From an uncultured Thermodesulfobacteriota bacterium (lineage in GTDB: Bacteria > Desulfobacterota > Zymogenia > Zymogenales > Zymogenaceae): 64,000 nt of DNA. The notes under the pieces are model-generated. The model worked only from the letters and a program-made list of their open reading frames with translations. It was not told where the DNA came from and did no database searches. How positions within the stretch are numbered: position 1 is the first letter of the stretch; each line of letters starts with the position of its first letter. A program made the translations under genes and the position numbers. Below, in pieces: positions 46,810 through 57,767 of this stretch. Location: the NCBI GenBank assembly GCA_964542895.1, contig CAZIWT010000002.1:2730-66729 (forward strand). Reading direction: 5' to 3'.

Positions 46810-47960
46810 TACCCTTTCCTGCGAAAAAAGATGCCGAAGAGAGATTTCAGGAGGTGGATCGTTCTCAAAAAATAGAGTTTTACCATTTCCCCACGATCCG
46901 CAACCCTTCCCTGCTCCCTAAAAAGAATACTTCTTTCGGGGAAAAGCAACTCATTATAATAATAGAACTTTTTTCTTGAATTGTCAATATCTAAGCCCAA
47001 TAGGATATCGCCGAACTGGAGGGAGCGCCTGCTCCCGATCGCCGCCGATATCAGCCTCCTCTCGATTGGGCCGGGCCTGAAACCGGAGACTTCGTTTGGC
47101 TTTAGGGGAAAACCGAACCGCTCCGTTATGATCCAGAGCATCTTCCCGACGACCTTTGACAATTTGCCGGAGGCTATCATCTCAAAGAGGAGATCGGTGG
47201 AAAACCTGTCGCCGAGGCATTCGATCACCCTCCCCACATCCATAAACCAGTAGTTCATAAGATAGGAGTGTTTCAGGGCGTGTTGGGCCGAGATTATTAT
47301 TGTGTGGTAGGGATTGGGAGAAAGGTAATCGGCGTCCCCTATTTTAACTTTTTCGGCCGACGCGAATATCTCGTCTGTGGATAGGGTCGGGAGATACTCT
47401 CTCGCCCTTATCCTCCCCTCGTCGATTATCTCTGTGTGGAGGTCAAAGTAAAGAGAACCTTTCGACCAGTGGGCCGGGATTTCCCCCCCGGGTTCGGTCG
47501 TAAACGGCTCGTACCCCGCCCCTCTCAATATCTCGGATGCCTTCCTAATGTCGCATCGATAGACCAGAATATCGGCGTCGGTGGTGGGCCTTATCCTGAA
47601 ATCGTTGTAGTAGCGGTTGATGATGTCGTGACCCTTGATGAGGACCGCGTTTATCCCCCCATCATTGAACAGCTTGAATATCGCCTCGAGCTCCCGCTTC
47701 ATCGCCATGTTCAACAACTCCGTACGGGCAAGCGTCGTCCTGGCCCTCTCAAACTCCGCCTCGTCGATAAGGGAGAGGAGCCCCCAGTCGGTCAGGGCAG
47801 AGATCAGTATCCCGAGGGAGCCCTTGTCCACGGTAAAGGGAACGAGGTCTTTCGGAAGCCTCTCAATTTGCGGGGTGGGCGCCGGGGTGTTCCCTCCCCA
47901 AGCCCATCGGCTTGCCAGGGCGAGCCCGATTATCTCGCTTGCACTTAGAGATAGAGCCAA
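46809..47960 (-). CDS. nucleotidyltransferase-family protein (PF14907-like), TTG start
   Basis: LIKGHDIINRYYNDFRIRPTTDADILV segment. GGAGG 6 nt upstream of TTG at 47960. 1-nt overlap with the following gene. Confidence 0.5.
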   Translation of the reverse strand: MALSLSASEIIGLALASRWAWGGNTPAPTPQIERLPKDLVPFTVDKGSLGILISALTDWGLLSLIDEAEFERARTTLARTELLNMAMKRELEAIFKLFNDGGINAVLIKGHDIINRYYNDFRIRPTTDADILVYRCDIRKASEILRGAGYEPFTTEPGGEIPAHWSKGSLYFDLHTEIIDEGRIRAREYLPTLSTDEIFASAEKVKIGDADYLSPNPYHTIIISAQHALKHSYLMNYWFMDVGRVIECLGDRFSTDLLFEMIASGKLSKVVGKMLWIITERFGFPLKPNEVSGFRPGPIERRLISAAIGSRRSLQFGDILLGLDIDNSRKKFYYYNELLFPERSILFREQGRVADRGEMVKLYFLRTIHLLKSLFGIFFRRKG

Positions 47961-48091
47961 CCGGAACCTCCATTAAACATTACGAGTTGCCCACTAATAT
48001 CTCAATACTATCAGAATCGAGCGGTAATTTGTGCTTTTATTTTGACTCTACACCAAAACCTCTTTAAGCCCCCAAAAAAACCACCCTATCG

Positions 48092-48121
48092 TTGACAAAG
48101 GAGCCTCAATAAAAGTATAAT
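48092..48121 (+). promoter_or_regulatory. strong sigma70-type promoter TTGACA-N18-TATAAT
   Basis: TTGACA 48092..48097 and TATAAT 48116..48121, about 36 nt upstream of the 48158 ATG. Divergent from the RiPP operon. Confidence 0.55.
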
Positions 48122-48157
48122 TCTTTAAAATGTTATAGTGGAACTGAAATCGATTTA

Positions 48158-49624
48158 ATGGTGATGAAAGTGAGAGCTGAACTTGAAGAGAGCGCCAAGG
48201 CGCTGAAAAAAATTTTGAACGCGAAGTCCCTGGCCGTGGTGGGGGCGTCCAACAGCTTTATGAATCCCGCCACGAACCTCCTGGCCACAATACTCTCCAG
48301 CGGATACAAGGGGGAGGTCTACCCGATCCACCCGAAGGAGGATATCGCCCTGGGGCTCAAGGCATACCGGAGTGTCGTGGATATCCCCGGGGATGTGGAC
48401 CTTGCCGTTATCGTTGTCTCCAACAGGATCGTCCCCAAAATACTGAAAGAGTGCGCCGAGAAGGGGATAAAGAGCGTCGTTGTCATAACGGCGGGATACA
48501 AGGAGATGGGAAAAGAGGGGGCAAAGCTCGAGGAGGAGCTTTTAAAGACCGCGAGGGAGCTCGGCATCCGGTTTACCGGCCCGAACTGCATCGGGATCAT
48601 CAACACCCACAACGACCTCGACTGCTCCATGTTCTACTACGAGGGGGTCCCCGGCGGGGTTGGGCTCGTCTCACAGAGCGGGAGCTACATCACACAGCCG
48701 CTCCCCTATTTCTACAGGAGGGGAATAAACCTCTCCGGCGCGATAAGCGTGGGCAACCAGACCGACATAGACATCGCCGACTGCCTGGCCTATTTCGTCG
48801 AAGATGACAAAACAAACGCCGTCGCCGCGTACATCGAGGGGATAGGGGACGGGGAGAAGTTCATCGAGGCGGCCCGCGCCTTAACTGCAAAGAAGCCTCT
48901 GGTCGCCCTATACGTCGGCGGGACGGAGGCGGGCTCCAGGGCCGGGAAGTCCCACACAGGAGCCGTGGCGACCCCCGACCTCGTCATCGACGCGGTCTTC
49001 GCCCAGACGGGCGTGATAAGGGCAAAAGACGTCCAGGAGCTCTTCGACTTCGTCCACGCCCTCTCCCTCCAGCCGCTGCCGAAGGGGAGCCGCGCCGCCG
49101 TCATCACCAACTCCGGGGGGCCGGGGGTCTCCATGGTGGATGCCGCTGTGAGGCTGGGGCTCAGTGTGCCGGAGTTCTCGAAACCGTTTCAGAAAAAACT
49201 CAGGGAGATAAGCATCCACACGGCCCAGGTGGGAAACCCGGTCGATATGACGATGGACTTTGACATCAAAAAGCAGTTCATCGACATTACGAAGATGGTT
49301 ATAGAGAGCGGGGAGGTGGATTCCATCCTCTTTTACGGCGTCTTCGGCGGGACCAACTTCGACAAGAAATTCGAGATCCTGGGGATAGCACAGGACGACC
49401 TGCGACTCGGCTATTACAAATATATTGATCAGGTGATCGAGGAGTTCAACGGGATAATAAAGTCCTTCGACATCCCCGTGGTAACGGCCTCCTTTACCGG
49501 CAGGGAGGAGCCGGCCGTTGCGAAGATGATCGAGAAGGGGATACCGATCTACTCCACGCCGGAGCGGGCTTCTGCGGCCCTGGCGGCCATGGCGAGATAT
49601 GCCAGGTTCAGGGGGTTGTTTTAG
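48158..49624 (+). CDS. acetate--CoA ligase (ADP-forming) alpha-subunit-like CoA-binding protein
   Basis: N-terminal CoA-binding Rossmann domain (LAVVGASN...GYKGEVYPIHPK...VDLAVIVV). Succinyl-CoA-synthetase-alpha-like middle domain (GPNCIGII). Confidence 0.7.
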   Translation: MVMKVRAELEESAKALKKILNAKSLAVVGASNSFMNPATNLLATILSSGYKGEVYPIHPKEDIALGLKAYRSVVDIPGDVDLAVIVVSNRIVPKILKECAEKGIKSVVVITAGYKEMGKEGAKLEEELLKTARELGIRFTGPNCIGIINTHNDLDCSMFYYEGVPGGVGLVSQSGSYITQPLPYFYRRGINLSGAISVGNQTDIDIADCLAYFVEDDKTNAVAAYIEGIGDGEKFIEAARALTAKKPLVALYVGGTEAGSRAGKSHTGAVATPDLVIDAVFAQTGVIRAKDVQELFDFVHALSLQPLPKGSRAAVITNSGGPGVSMVDAAVRLGLSVPEFSKPFQKKLREISIHTAQVGNPVDMTMDFDIKKQFIDITKMVIESGEVDSILFYGVFGGTNFDKKFEILGIAQDDLRLGYYKYIDQVIEEFNGIIKSFDIPVVTASFTGREEPAVAKMIEKGIPIYSTPERASAALAAMARYARFRGLF

Positions 49625-49717
49625 AAATCTCGTTGGGGTTTTTCGGAGCCGGTTTTTTGTGGTTTGTATAAACGATAGTAATATGATATTTTCTTAAAAT
49701 CTGAGATTTTTAATATC

Positions 49718-50881
49718 ATGGAACTAGCATTTCGGGAACAAATACTCTTGTTCTTGGCTCTCCCCGTTTTGATAGGCGGATTAATTGCATTAATTCTGTA
49801 TAGGTTGTCAAAAAAACACCAAACTCAAGAGACCGATAGATTAATAGAAACGTTGAAGAAAGAAATTAAACCGGTTCCAATCGTTTTGGTTCCAGAATTA
49901 CAACCTGTAATAACTGAAGAAAAACGCCAAAGGATCGTTTCGCTGGTTCAATCTATAAGCAAACAGAAACTAATAGAGCTCTTCGACATCGAATTACTCA
50001 TCAGGCTTGGTAATACAGAATACGAATTTAGTAACTATTCTGAGGCACTTAACTACTGTAACATGGCTCTTAAAAAGGCGAGAATTACTTCCAATAAATG
50101 GGCTATAGCAGCATGTCTTAATAATATTGGTCTTTTAGAATTCCATATGGATAAGTTGGATCTTGCCGAAAAAAATCTAATAGAAGCACAACACATTTCG
50201 AAGGAGATTAAAGATAGAAATATCGAAGCTAGCACTCTCGGAAACATCGGGCTTGTCTACAAGCATAAAGGAGACCTACGGGGTGCATTGAAACAATATA
50301 AGGAGTCCCTGTCAATATGCCGAAAAATCGGGAATAGACATGGAGAGGCAATCGGCTTGTTTAACATCGGGCGTGTCTACAAGAATATGGGAAACCTGAA
50401 AAAAGCATTGGAGCACTACGAAGATGCTCTGAATATAGACCAGGAGATCGGTTATAGGAAGGGAGAAGCAGATAACCTTGGAGGCATAGGGAATGTCTAC
50501 AGCGATATGAGAGATCTGAAAAGAGCTCTTAAGTACTTAGAAGAAGCTGTAGCAATTTATCGGGAGATCGGGCACAAGCGGGGAGAGGCATATGACCTCG
50601 GAAACATCGGTATTGTCTACATGACCAAAGGGAACTTGAAGAAGGCATTGAAACATTTTGAGAAGGCTCTAAATATCCACCAGGAAATCGAGTATAAAAA
50701 GGGTGAGGCGGCCGACCTCGCAAAAATTGGGATTGTCTACGGTATAAAAGGAAAGAAAGAAGAGGCACAGAAATATTTCAATGAAGCGCTGAAAATTCTT
50801 GAGGATTATAACCTTATTCATGAGAAAGACGTTATTTTGGGAGCAGTCAAATTAGTAGAAAACGGGCATAACAAAAAATAA
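49718..50881 (+). CDS. TPR-repeat protein with N-terminal transmembrane helix (low-GC gene)
   Basis: At least 7 tandem 40-aa repeats of GEA.(L/I)GNIG.VY...G.L..AL..Y...L.I. Clearly AT-richer than its flanks. Confidence 0.8.
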   Translation: MELAFREQILLFLALPVLIGGLIALILYRLSKKHQTQETDRLIETLKKEIKPVPIVLVPELQPVITEEKRQRIVSLVQSISKQKLIELFDIELLIRLGNTEYEFSNYSEALNYCNMALKKARITSNKWAIAACLNNIGLLEFHMDKLDLAEKNLIEAQHISKEIKDRNIEASTLGNIGLVYKHKGDLRGALKQYKESLSICRKIGNRHGEAIGLFNIGRVYKNMGNLKKALEHYEDALNIDQEIGYRKGEADNLGGIGNVYSDMRDLKRALKYLEEAVAIYREIGHKRGEAYDLGNIGIVYMTKGNLKKALKHFEKALNIHQEIEYKKGEAADLAKIGIVYGIKGKKEEAQKYFNEALKILEDYNLIHEKDVILGAVKLVENGHNKK

Positions 50882-51019
50882 TCCAAATCACCTACTATTT
50901 AAACAAATCCTTCAAGACGGAAACCAAGAAGCCGAGAAAGGAACAAAATCCCTTGACAAAAAAGGAAGGGGATGTTACTTTATACGTTCAAGTTTTGGAA
51001 ATATCAAACATAGTGGCGT

Positions 51020-51095
51020 GGGCTATTAGCTCAATTGGTAGAGCAACTGACTCTTAATCAGTAGGTCCTAGGTTCGATCCCTAGATAGCCCACCA
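51020..51095 (+). tRNA. tRNA-Lys (anticodon CUU)
   Basis: GGGCTATTAGCTCAATTGGTAGAGCAACTGACTCTTAATCAGTAGGTCCTAGGTTCGATCCCTAGATAGCCCACCA. 76 nt with an encoded CCA. Confidence 0.85.
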
Positions 51096-51144
51096 CTTTT
51101 GAAAATTCTTATAATCGGCGGATGGTCTCACCTCTCGCAACAAA

Positions 51145-51230
<86 letters not shown>

Positions 51231-51300
51231 AACAACCCACCTTATTCAATTTTTTAGCAATAATAGCCATAATTCAAACAGTGTCGTAGGAGCTGACTTA

Positions 51301-52623
51301 ATGAAGGTAAGCGTTGAAGAAATAAGCCCGGTCAAGAAAAAAATCTCGGTCACCGTCAAGAAGGACGCCGTGAACGAGGAGTTCGAAAGGTCTTACAAAT
51401 CGCTCGGCAAAAAGGCCAAGGTAAAGGGGTTCAGGCCCGGGAAGGTCCCCCTCCATATTCTGAAGCAGCAGTTCAAGGAGCAGGTGGAGGCGGACGCCAC
51501 GGAAAACCTCTTCAAGAGCACCTACCCGGACGCCCTCACCGAGGTAAATATAAACCCGATCACGTATCCCGAGGTGGACACCAAAGGGGCGAAGGAGGAT
51601 GAGGAGTTCGCCTACACTGCGACCGTGGAGATCATGCCGGAGGTTAAGGCAACGGGCTACAAAGACCTCGAGATAGAAAGGGAGAAGGTCGCGGTCTCCA
51701 AAAAGGAGATCGACGACGTGATAAAAAACTTCGCCAACTCCAACGCCACGCTGGAGACGGAGGAGAAGAACCGCCCCGTTAAGAAGGACGATGTGGTAAT
51801 GGTCGACTTCAAGGCCTCATCGGAGGGTGAGCCGATAGAGGGGGGCCAGCTGGAAAACTACCCCCTGGAGATAGGGGCGGGGCTTCTGGGGGAGGAGTTC
51901 GACAAAAAGATTATCGGAGGCAAAAAGGACGAGGAGCTGGATTTTGAGATCGACTTCCCGGAAGACCACAGGATGGACATCTTCAAGGGTAAAAAGGTGA
52001 AGTTCGACGTCACGGTCAAGGAGATAAAGGTAAAGAAGGTACCGAAGATAGACGACGAGTTCGCAAAGGATTTGGGTAGTTTCGAGTCGCTGAAGGAGCT
52101 GACGGAGGATGTCGGAAAGAGGCTCACGGAAAAGGAGGAGAATAGGGTCAAGGACGATTTCGAGAAGAGGATAATGACAAAGCTCATCGAGCTGAATCCC
52201 TTCGAGGTCCCGGACGCCCTCGTGGAGTCGAGGAGCGTCGATCTTGTCAGGAACACCGAGATGAGGCTGAGAAGCCAGGGGATGTCCCTGGACGCCCTGG
52301 GGGGCGACCCGAAAAAGCTGATGGAGATGGTAAATCCCCAGGCCGTCTTCGACGTGAAGGCGAGGTTCATAATTGAGGAGATAGCCAAGGCGGAGGGTAT
52401 CGAGGCGACAAAGGAGGAGGCGGAAGAGAGACTGAAGGAGGACGCGGAGCGCTCCGGGATGAACTACGAGGAGCTTAAGGGCAGCTACGACCAAAACAAC
52501 GCCTGGGGGGAGCTGATCTACGTGGTTCGCTCGGAAAAAACCCTTGATTTTCTCGCAAAGATTGTTAAAATAAAAGAGGTGAAGAAAATCAAGTCGGAAG
52601 AGGGTGGCGGGCAGGAAATTTAA
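51301..52623 (+). CDS. tig: trigger factor
   Basis: MKVSVEEISPVKKKISVTV N-terminus, PPIase-like middle domain, 440 aa. Upstream of clpP-clpX. Confidence 0.9.
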   Translation: MKVSVEEISPVKKKISVTVKKDAVNEEFERSYKSLGKKAKVKGFRPGKVPLHILKQQFKEQVEADATENLFKSTYPDALTEVNINPITYPEVDTKGAKEDEEFAYTATVEIMPEVKATGYKDLEIEREKVAVSKKEIDDVIKNFANSNATLETEEKNRPVKKDDVVMVDFKASSEGEPIEGGQLENYPLEIGAGLLGEEFDKKIIGGKKDEELDFEIDFPEDHRMDIFKGKKVKFDVTVKEIKVKKVPKIDDEFAKDLGSFESLKELTEDVGKRLTEKEENRVKDDFEKRIMTKLIELNPFEVPDALVESRSVDLVRNTEMRLRSQGMSLDALGGDPKKLMEMVNPQAVFDVKARFIIEEIAKAEGIEATKEEAEERLKEDAERSGMNYEELKGSYDQNNAWGELIYVVRSEKTLDFLAKIVKIKEVKKIKSEEGGGQEI

Positions 52624-52624
52624 A

Positions 52625-52757
52625 GGGGGCTGGGGCAATATTATGGGATTGAACGGTGTGGGAGTGGTAAAAAACTGAGGGGGTTGGGCAATTTTTATAG
52701 GGGTTGGGACGAATTTTATAAGGTGGAGCAGTGTGGAAGTGGTGAGGGGCTGAGAGG
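52625..52757. repeat. imperfect tandem repeat (2 x ~55-75 nt) in the tig-clpP spacer; the motif recurs after clpP (53421..53490)
   Basis: GGGGCTGGGGCAATATTATGGG...GTGTGGGAGTGGTAAAAAACTGAGG versus GGGTTGGGCAATTTTTATAGGGGTTGGGACGAATTTTATAAGGTGGAGCAGTGTGGAAGTGGTGAGGGGCTGAGAGG. Confidence 0.5.
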
Positions 52758-52835
52758 ATTGGATATCGGATTTTATTCATATATCTGTAAGTTGTAAGTA
52801 AGATAGTATTGTAAGATATTTCGGGGATACAAGAG

Positions 52836-53420
52836 ATGCCGCTGATACCTATAGTTGTGGAACAGGACGGGAGGGGAGAGAGGGCCTTCGATATTTATTC
52901 GAGGCTCTTAAAAGACAGGATCATCTTCCTCGGCTCGACCATCAACGACGAGATCGCGAATATCGTGATCGCCCAGATGCTCTTTCTCGAGGCGGATGAA
53001 CCGGACAAGGACATCTCCATCTACATCAACTCCCCCGGGGGAATAGTGACGGCGGGGCTTGCCATCTACGACACCATGCAGTTTGTGAAGCCGAGCGTCT
53101 CCACGATCTGCGTAGGTCAGGCCGCATCGATGGGCGCGCTCATCCTGTCCGCCGGCACGAAGGGAAAGCGGCTCGCCCTCCCCCACTCGAGGATCCTGAT
53201 TCACCAGCCGATGGGGGGATTTCAGGGGCAGGCATCGGATATCGACATCCAGGCGAGGGAGATATTGAGGATGAAGGAGGAGCTCAACAACATCCTCGTA
53301 AAACACACCGGCCAGGATCCGGAGAAAATAAATGTAGACACCGACCGCGACTTTTTCATGAGCGGTCAACAGGCAAAGGAGTACGGTATCGTCGACGATG
53401 TCATCACGGTGCGCAAGTAA
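52836..53420 (+). CDS. clpP: ATP-dependent Clp protease proteolytic subunit
   Basis: [11 protein letters not shown] (Ser nucleophile), HQPMGG (His), typical length. Confidence 0.95.
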   Translation: MPLIPIVVEQDGRGERAFDIYSRLLKDRIIFLGSTINDEIANIVIAQMLFLEADEPDKDISIYINSPGGIVTAGLAIYDTMQFVKPSVSTICVGQAASMGALILSAGTKGKRLALPHSRILIHQPMGGFQGQASDIDIQAREILRMKEELNNILVKHTGQDPEKINVDTDRDFFMSGQQAKEYGIVDDVITVRK

Positions 53421-53663
53421 GATCGGGGGGTTGGAGCAGAATTTATGTGGGGAGAGGGAGGAGATGATAGGCTGTGGATGGCGAAAAGGGTATAGAGGTT
53501 GGCCGGTAGGTATGTTTATATATCAACTAATAATATTGATATCAAGGCAATATTGACAATAGAGTGACAATAGGGTGATGGTGAAGGTGAAAAAAATATC
53601 AAAGTTTTTTTAAAATTGAATTAGATACCGGGATCAATCAGGGTTGAATCCGAAAGGATTAAA

Positions 53664-54911
53664 ATGAACGAACATAAAGGAAAAGAGAAAAACGGCGGCA
53701 TGATCTGCTCATTCTGCGGAAAGAGCCAGAGGGATGTCAAAAAGCTGATAGCCGGCCCCACGAGCTTTATCTGTGACGAGTGCGTTGAGCTCTGCAACGA
53801 CATCATCGCCGAGGAATACGAGAGGGAGGAGCTTACAAAGACAAGCGCGGATATACCGAAGCCGGTTGAGATCAAAGCCTTCCTGGACGAGTATGTGGTG
53901 GGTCAGCAGAGGGCCAAGAAGATCCTCGCCGTTGCCGTTCACAACCACTACAAGAGGATAGAGACGGACACCAAGGGGAGCGACGTGGAGCTTCAGAAGA
54001 GCAACATTCTACTTCTCGGCCCCACCGGGTCCGGCAAGACGCTTCTCGCCCAGACGCTGGCGAAGTTTCTGAACGTCCCCTTCACGATAGCCGATGCGAC
54101 GAGCCTTACTGAGGCGGGATACGTCGGCGAGGACGTGGAGAATATTATATTGAACCTCCTCCAGACGGCGGACTACGACATCGAAAAGGCTTCCAAGGGG
54201 ATCATCTACATCGACGAGGTGGACAAGATCTCCAAAAAGAGCGACAACCCCTCCATTACGAGGGACGTATCCGGAGAGGGAGTGCAGCAGGCCCTTTTGA
54301 AGATCATCGAGGGGACCATCGCGAACGTCCCGCCGAAGGGCGGAAGGAAGCATCCCCAGCAGGAGTTTCTCCCCGTAGATACGACAAACATCCTCTTTAT
54401 ATGCGGCGGGGCCTTTACCGGACTGGAAAAGATCGTGGAGAGGAGGATTCACTCCAAGTCCCTCGGTTTTTCGGCCGAGATAAAGACAAAAAAAGAGAGG
54501 GACCTGGGCGAGCTTCTGGCCAACGTCCAGCCGGAAGATCTCATAAAATACGGACTCATACCGGAGTTCGCCGGGAGGCTTCCGGCCATAGCCACGCTCA
54601 CGGAGCTCTCCGAGGAGTCGTTGATCAAAATATTGCAGGAGCCGAAAAACGCCCTGGTCAAGCAGTATCAGAAGCTGTTCGAGCTTGAAAAGGTCAAGCT
54701 CAAGTTCACCGACGACTCCCTCTCGGCGATATCAAAGCTGGCAATGGAGAGGGGCTCCGGGGCGAGGGGGCTTCGATCGATTATGGAAAACATCATGGTC
54801 GACATCATGTACGAGATACCCTCACAAAAAAATATAAAGGAGTGCATTATCAACGAGGAAGTCGTTTTGAATAAGGAAAACCCGATAATACTATATGAGA
54901 AATCGGCGTGA
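53664..54911 (+). CDS. clpX: ATP-dependent Clp protease ATP-binding subunit ClpX
   Basis: N-terminal Zn-binding CSFCGK...CDEC, Walker A GPTGSGKT, sensor motifs. Confidence 0.95.
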   Translation: MNEHKGKEKNGGMICSFCGKSQRDVKKLIAGPTSFICDECVELCNDIIAEEYEREELTKTSADIPKPVEIKAFLDEYVVGQQRAKKILAVAVHNHYKRIETDTKGSDVELQKSNILLLGPTGSGKTLLAQTLAKFLNVPFTIADATSLTEAGYVGEDVENIILNLLQTADYDIEKASKGIIYIDEVDKISKKSDNPSITRDVSGEGVQQALLKIIEGTIANVPPKGGRKHPQQEFLPVDTTNILFICGGAFTGLEKIVERRIHSKSLGFSAEIKTKKERDLGELLANVQPEDLIKYGLIPEFAGRLPAIATLTELSEESLIKILQEPKNALVKQYQKLFELEKVKLKFTDDSLSAISKLAMERGSGARGLRSIMENIMVDIMYEIPSQKNIKECIINEEVVLNKENPIILYEKSA

Positions 54912-54991
54912 TTTCCGTTGGTTGATCTATCCTTTACAATTGGAGTCATTTAAACCATTTGAATTCTCAAGAAAAAAGGAGATTAAAATAG

Positions 54992-57445
54992 ATGTTTTTT
55001 AAAAACGATAAGGAAGATGGGATCTTTGAGATGGGTGACAATATACTTCCTCTTCTGCCGCTCAGGGATATCATTATCTTTCCCCACATGGTGGTTCCCC
55101 TCTTTGTGGGGAGGAAGAAATCGATCAACGCCCTGGAGACGGCAATGGCATCCGATAAAAGCATACTGTTATCCGCACAGCTGAATGCCAAGACGGACGA
55201 CCCGACCCCGGATCAGATATATCGGATTGGAACCATCGGGTCGATCATCCAGCTGTTGAGGCTTCCGGACGGAACCGTTAAGGTCCTCGTTGAGGGTAAA
55301 CAGCGGGCAAAGGTCAAGAACTATATCCCGAACGAAGATTTCTTCTTGGTCGACGTTGAGTATATAAAGGAGAACGACTTTGTAACCCCCGAAATCGAGG
55401 CGCTGATCCGATCCATAAACAGCACGTTCGAGACGTACGCCAAGCTCAACAAGAAGATACCCCCCGAGATGATCATGAGCGTCGCCTCCATTACGGAACC
55501 CTCGAGGCTTGCCGACACCATCGTGACGCACCTAAACCTGAAGTTAGAGGAGAAGCAGCAGGTCCTCGATATAGAAGATCCATCCAAGAGGCTCGAAAAA
55601 GTATATTCCTATATGCAGAGCGAGATCGAGATACTGCAGATAGAGAGGCGCATCAAAAACCGGGTCAAGAAACAGATGGAGCGAACCCAGAAGGAGTACT
55701 ATCTCAACGAGCAGATGAGGGCCATCCAGAAGGAGCTGGGGGAAAAGGACGAGTTCAAGGCGGAGGTCAAGGAGCTCGAAGACAAGATAAAGAAGAAGAA
55801 GCTGTCACCGGAGGCACTGGAGCGGGCCGACAAAGAGGTCAAGAAGCTCAAGATGATGTCTCCCATGAGCGCAGAGGCAACGGTGATCAGAAACTACCTC
55901 GACTGGATACTGGCGCTCCCCTGGAACGAGTACACCGAGGACAAGCTCGATATAGACGAGGCGACGAGGATTCTGGACGAAGACCACTACGGACTGAAAA
56001 AACCGAAGGAGCGTATCCTCGAATACCTCGCGGTAAAACAGCTGAAGAAAGACATGAAGGGGCCGATCCTCTGTCTGGTGGGGCCTCCCGGGGTGGGAAA
56101 GACATCCCTCGGCAGGTCCATCGCAAGGGCCACCGGCAGAAACTTCGTGAGGCTCTCCCTCGGCGGCGTTCGCGACGAGGCGGAGATCAGGGGACACAGG
56201 CGCACCTACATCGGGGCCCTTCCCGGAAAGATCATCCAGTACCTGAAGAAATCGAAGTCGTCAAACCCTGTATACCTCATGGACGAGGTCGACAAGATGA
56301 GCACCGATTTTCGCGGGGACCCCTCGGCGGCGCTCCTCGAGGTGCTCGACCCGGAGCAGAACTTCACGTTCAACGACCACTACCTTGATCTCGACTACGA
56401 TCTCTCGAAGGTGATGTTCATCACGACGGCAAACGTCCTGTACAACATACCGAAACCTCTGCAGGACAGGATGGAGATCATTCAGATAGACAGCTACACC
56501 GAGATAGAGAAGCTCCATATCGCCCAGCAGTTTCTGGTAAAGAAGCAGCGCGACGAGAACGGCCTCGACAAGAATAACATAGCATTCACCGACAAGGCCT
56601 TACTCGAGGTCATCAGGAAATACACCAGGGAGAGCGGAGTCAGGAACCTCGAGAGGGAGATCGGCTCCATATGCAGAAAGGTGGCGAAGGACGTCGTGAA
56701 ATACGGAAGGGAGCATTCCATAAAGATAACTCCCACGAAGGTAAGGAAATACCTCGGCATCCCCCGCTACCGTTACGGGAAGGTCGAGGATGTGGACCGC
56801 ATCGGGATCGCCACCGGTATGGCATGGACCGAGGTCGGCGGAGAGCTCCTTACAATCGAGGTCACCGTGGTACCGGGCAAGGGAAAGCTTACCATCACCG
56901 GTAAGCTGGGGGAGGTAATGCAGGAAAGCGCCCAGGCCGCCATGAGCTACATCAGGGGCAGGGCGGAGGAGCTGGGGCTCGACAGGGGCTTCTACCAGAA
57001 CGTCGATCTCCACGTCCACGTGCCGGAGGGCGCGATTCCCAAGGACGGGCCGTCCGCCGGAATCACCATCGCCACGGCCATCGCGTCTGCCCTCGCAAAG
57101 CTCAAGGTCAGAAGGGACATAGCCATGACCGGAGAGATCACCCTTAGGGGAAGGGTTCTTCCCATCGGCGGCCTCAAGGAGAAGCTCCTTGCGGCCAACA
57201 GGGGCGGCATAAAGGAGGTAATAATTCCACAGGACAACGAAAAGGACCTCGAGGATATCCCGGACAGGATCAAGAAATCACTGAAGATCACCATGGCGGA
57301 CCACATGGACAGCGTAATCAGCAAGGCTCTGGCTATAGATAACCACGAGGAGTTCTTCAGAAAGAACAAGGAGGAGAAGGAGAGGGAATTTCTGAGGGAG
57401 CAGGAACGGCAGCCGACGGGGATCCAGCTGGAATCGACCCATTAG
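54992..57445 (+). CDS. lon: ATP-dependent Lon protease
   Basis: LON N-domain ([23 protein letters not shown]), Walker [10 protein letters not shown], protease Ser motif [10 protein letters not shown]. Confidence 0.95.
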   Translation: MFFKNDKEDGIFEMGDNILPLLPLRDIIIFPHMVVPLFVGRKKSINALETAMASDKSILLSAQLNAKTDDPTPDQIYRIGTIGSIIQLLRLPDGTVKVLVEGKQRAKVKNYIPNEDFFLVDVEYIKENDFVTPEIEALIRSINSTFETYAKLNKKIPPEMIMSVASITEPSRLADTIVTHLNLKLEEKQQVLDIEDPSKRLEKVYSYMQSEIEILQIERRIKNRVKKQMERTQKEYYLNEQMRAIQKELGEKDEFKAEVKELEDKIKKKKLSPEALERADKEVKKLKMMSPMSAEATVIRNYLDWILALPWNEYTEDKLDIDEATRILDEDHYGLKKPKERILEYLAVKQLKKDMKGPILCLVGPPGVGKTSLGRSIARATGRNFVRLSLGGVRDEAEIRGHRRTYIGALPGKIIQYLKKSKSSNPVYLMDEVDKMSTDFRGDPSAALLEVLDPEQNFTFNDHYLDLDYDLSKVMFITTANVLYNIPKPLQDRMEIIQIDSYTEIEKLHIAQQFLVKKQRDENGLDKNNIAFTDKALLEVIRKYTRESGVRNLEREIGSICRKVAKDVVKYGREHSIKITPTKVRKYLGIPRYRYGKVEDVDRIGIATGMAWTEVGGELLTIEVTVVPGKGKLTITGKLGEVMQESAQAAMSYIRGRAEELGLDRGFYQNVDLHVHVPEGAIPKDGPSAGITIATAIASALAKLKVRRDIAMTGEITLRGRVLPIGGLKEKLLAANRGGIKEVIIPQDNEKDLEDIPDRIKKSLKITMADHMDSVISKALAIDNHEEFFRKNKEEKEREFLREQERQPTGIQLESTH

Positions 57446-57588
57446 GGATCGAATTAAAGATGTGAATCGGTCAACGGCAAGGCAGGATACTTTGGATGCC
57501 GCCATGCGTGGGAAATGTCAAGGCTTCCTGGGGTGGGATTCTCAATAGTAGACTCGGGGATAGAGAATTAAAGATAATATCAACGTTC

Positions 57589-57612
57589 AACGGGGGGGTG
57601 ACCCCCCGTTTT
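57589..57612 (+). terminator. rho-independent terminator downstream of lon
   Basis: AACGGGGGGGTGACCCCCCGTT perfect hairpin followed by TTAC. Confidence 0.6.
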
Positions 57613-57711
57613 ACTTAATGGTCAACCAGGAGGGGGCAATATCGAAAGACGGCGAAAGAGGGGCAAAAGGGTATCGTGTTGGACAATCCACCGTCACAAA
57701 AGCTTTTTGTC

Positions 57712-57740
57712 TTGACAAATCCCGGGGGAAGTGAAAAAAT
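57712..57740 (+). promoter_or_regulatory. candidate promoter for tRNA-Val (TTGACA-N17-AAAAAT)
   Basis: Consensus -35 at 57712..57717; weak -10. Confidence 0.3.
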
Positions 57741-57767
57741 ATAAAGTCTTTCAACAATAACACATTT

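Noticed and set aside
52625-53490. CRISPR array candidates among the intergenic repeats
   Set aside because: The repeats are imperfect, unequal in length and not separated by unique spacers of regular size. No cas genes in the window.
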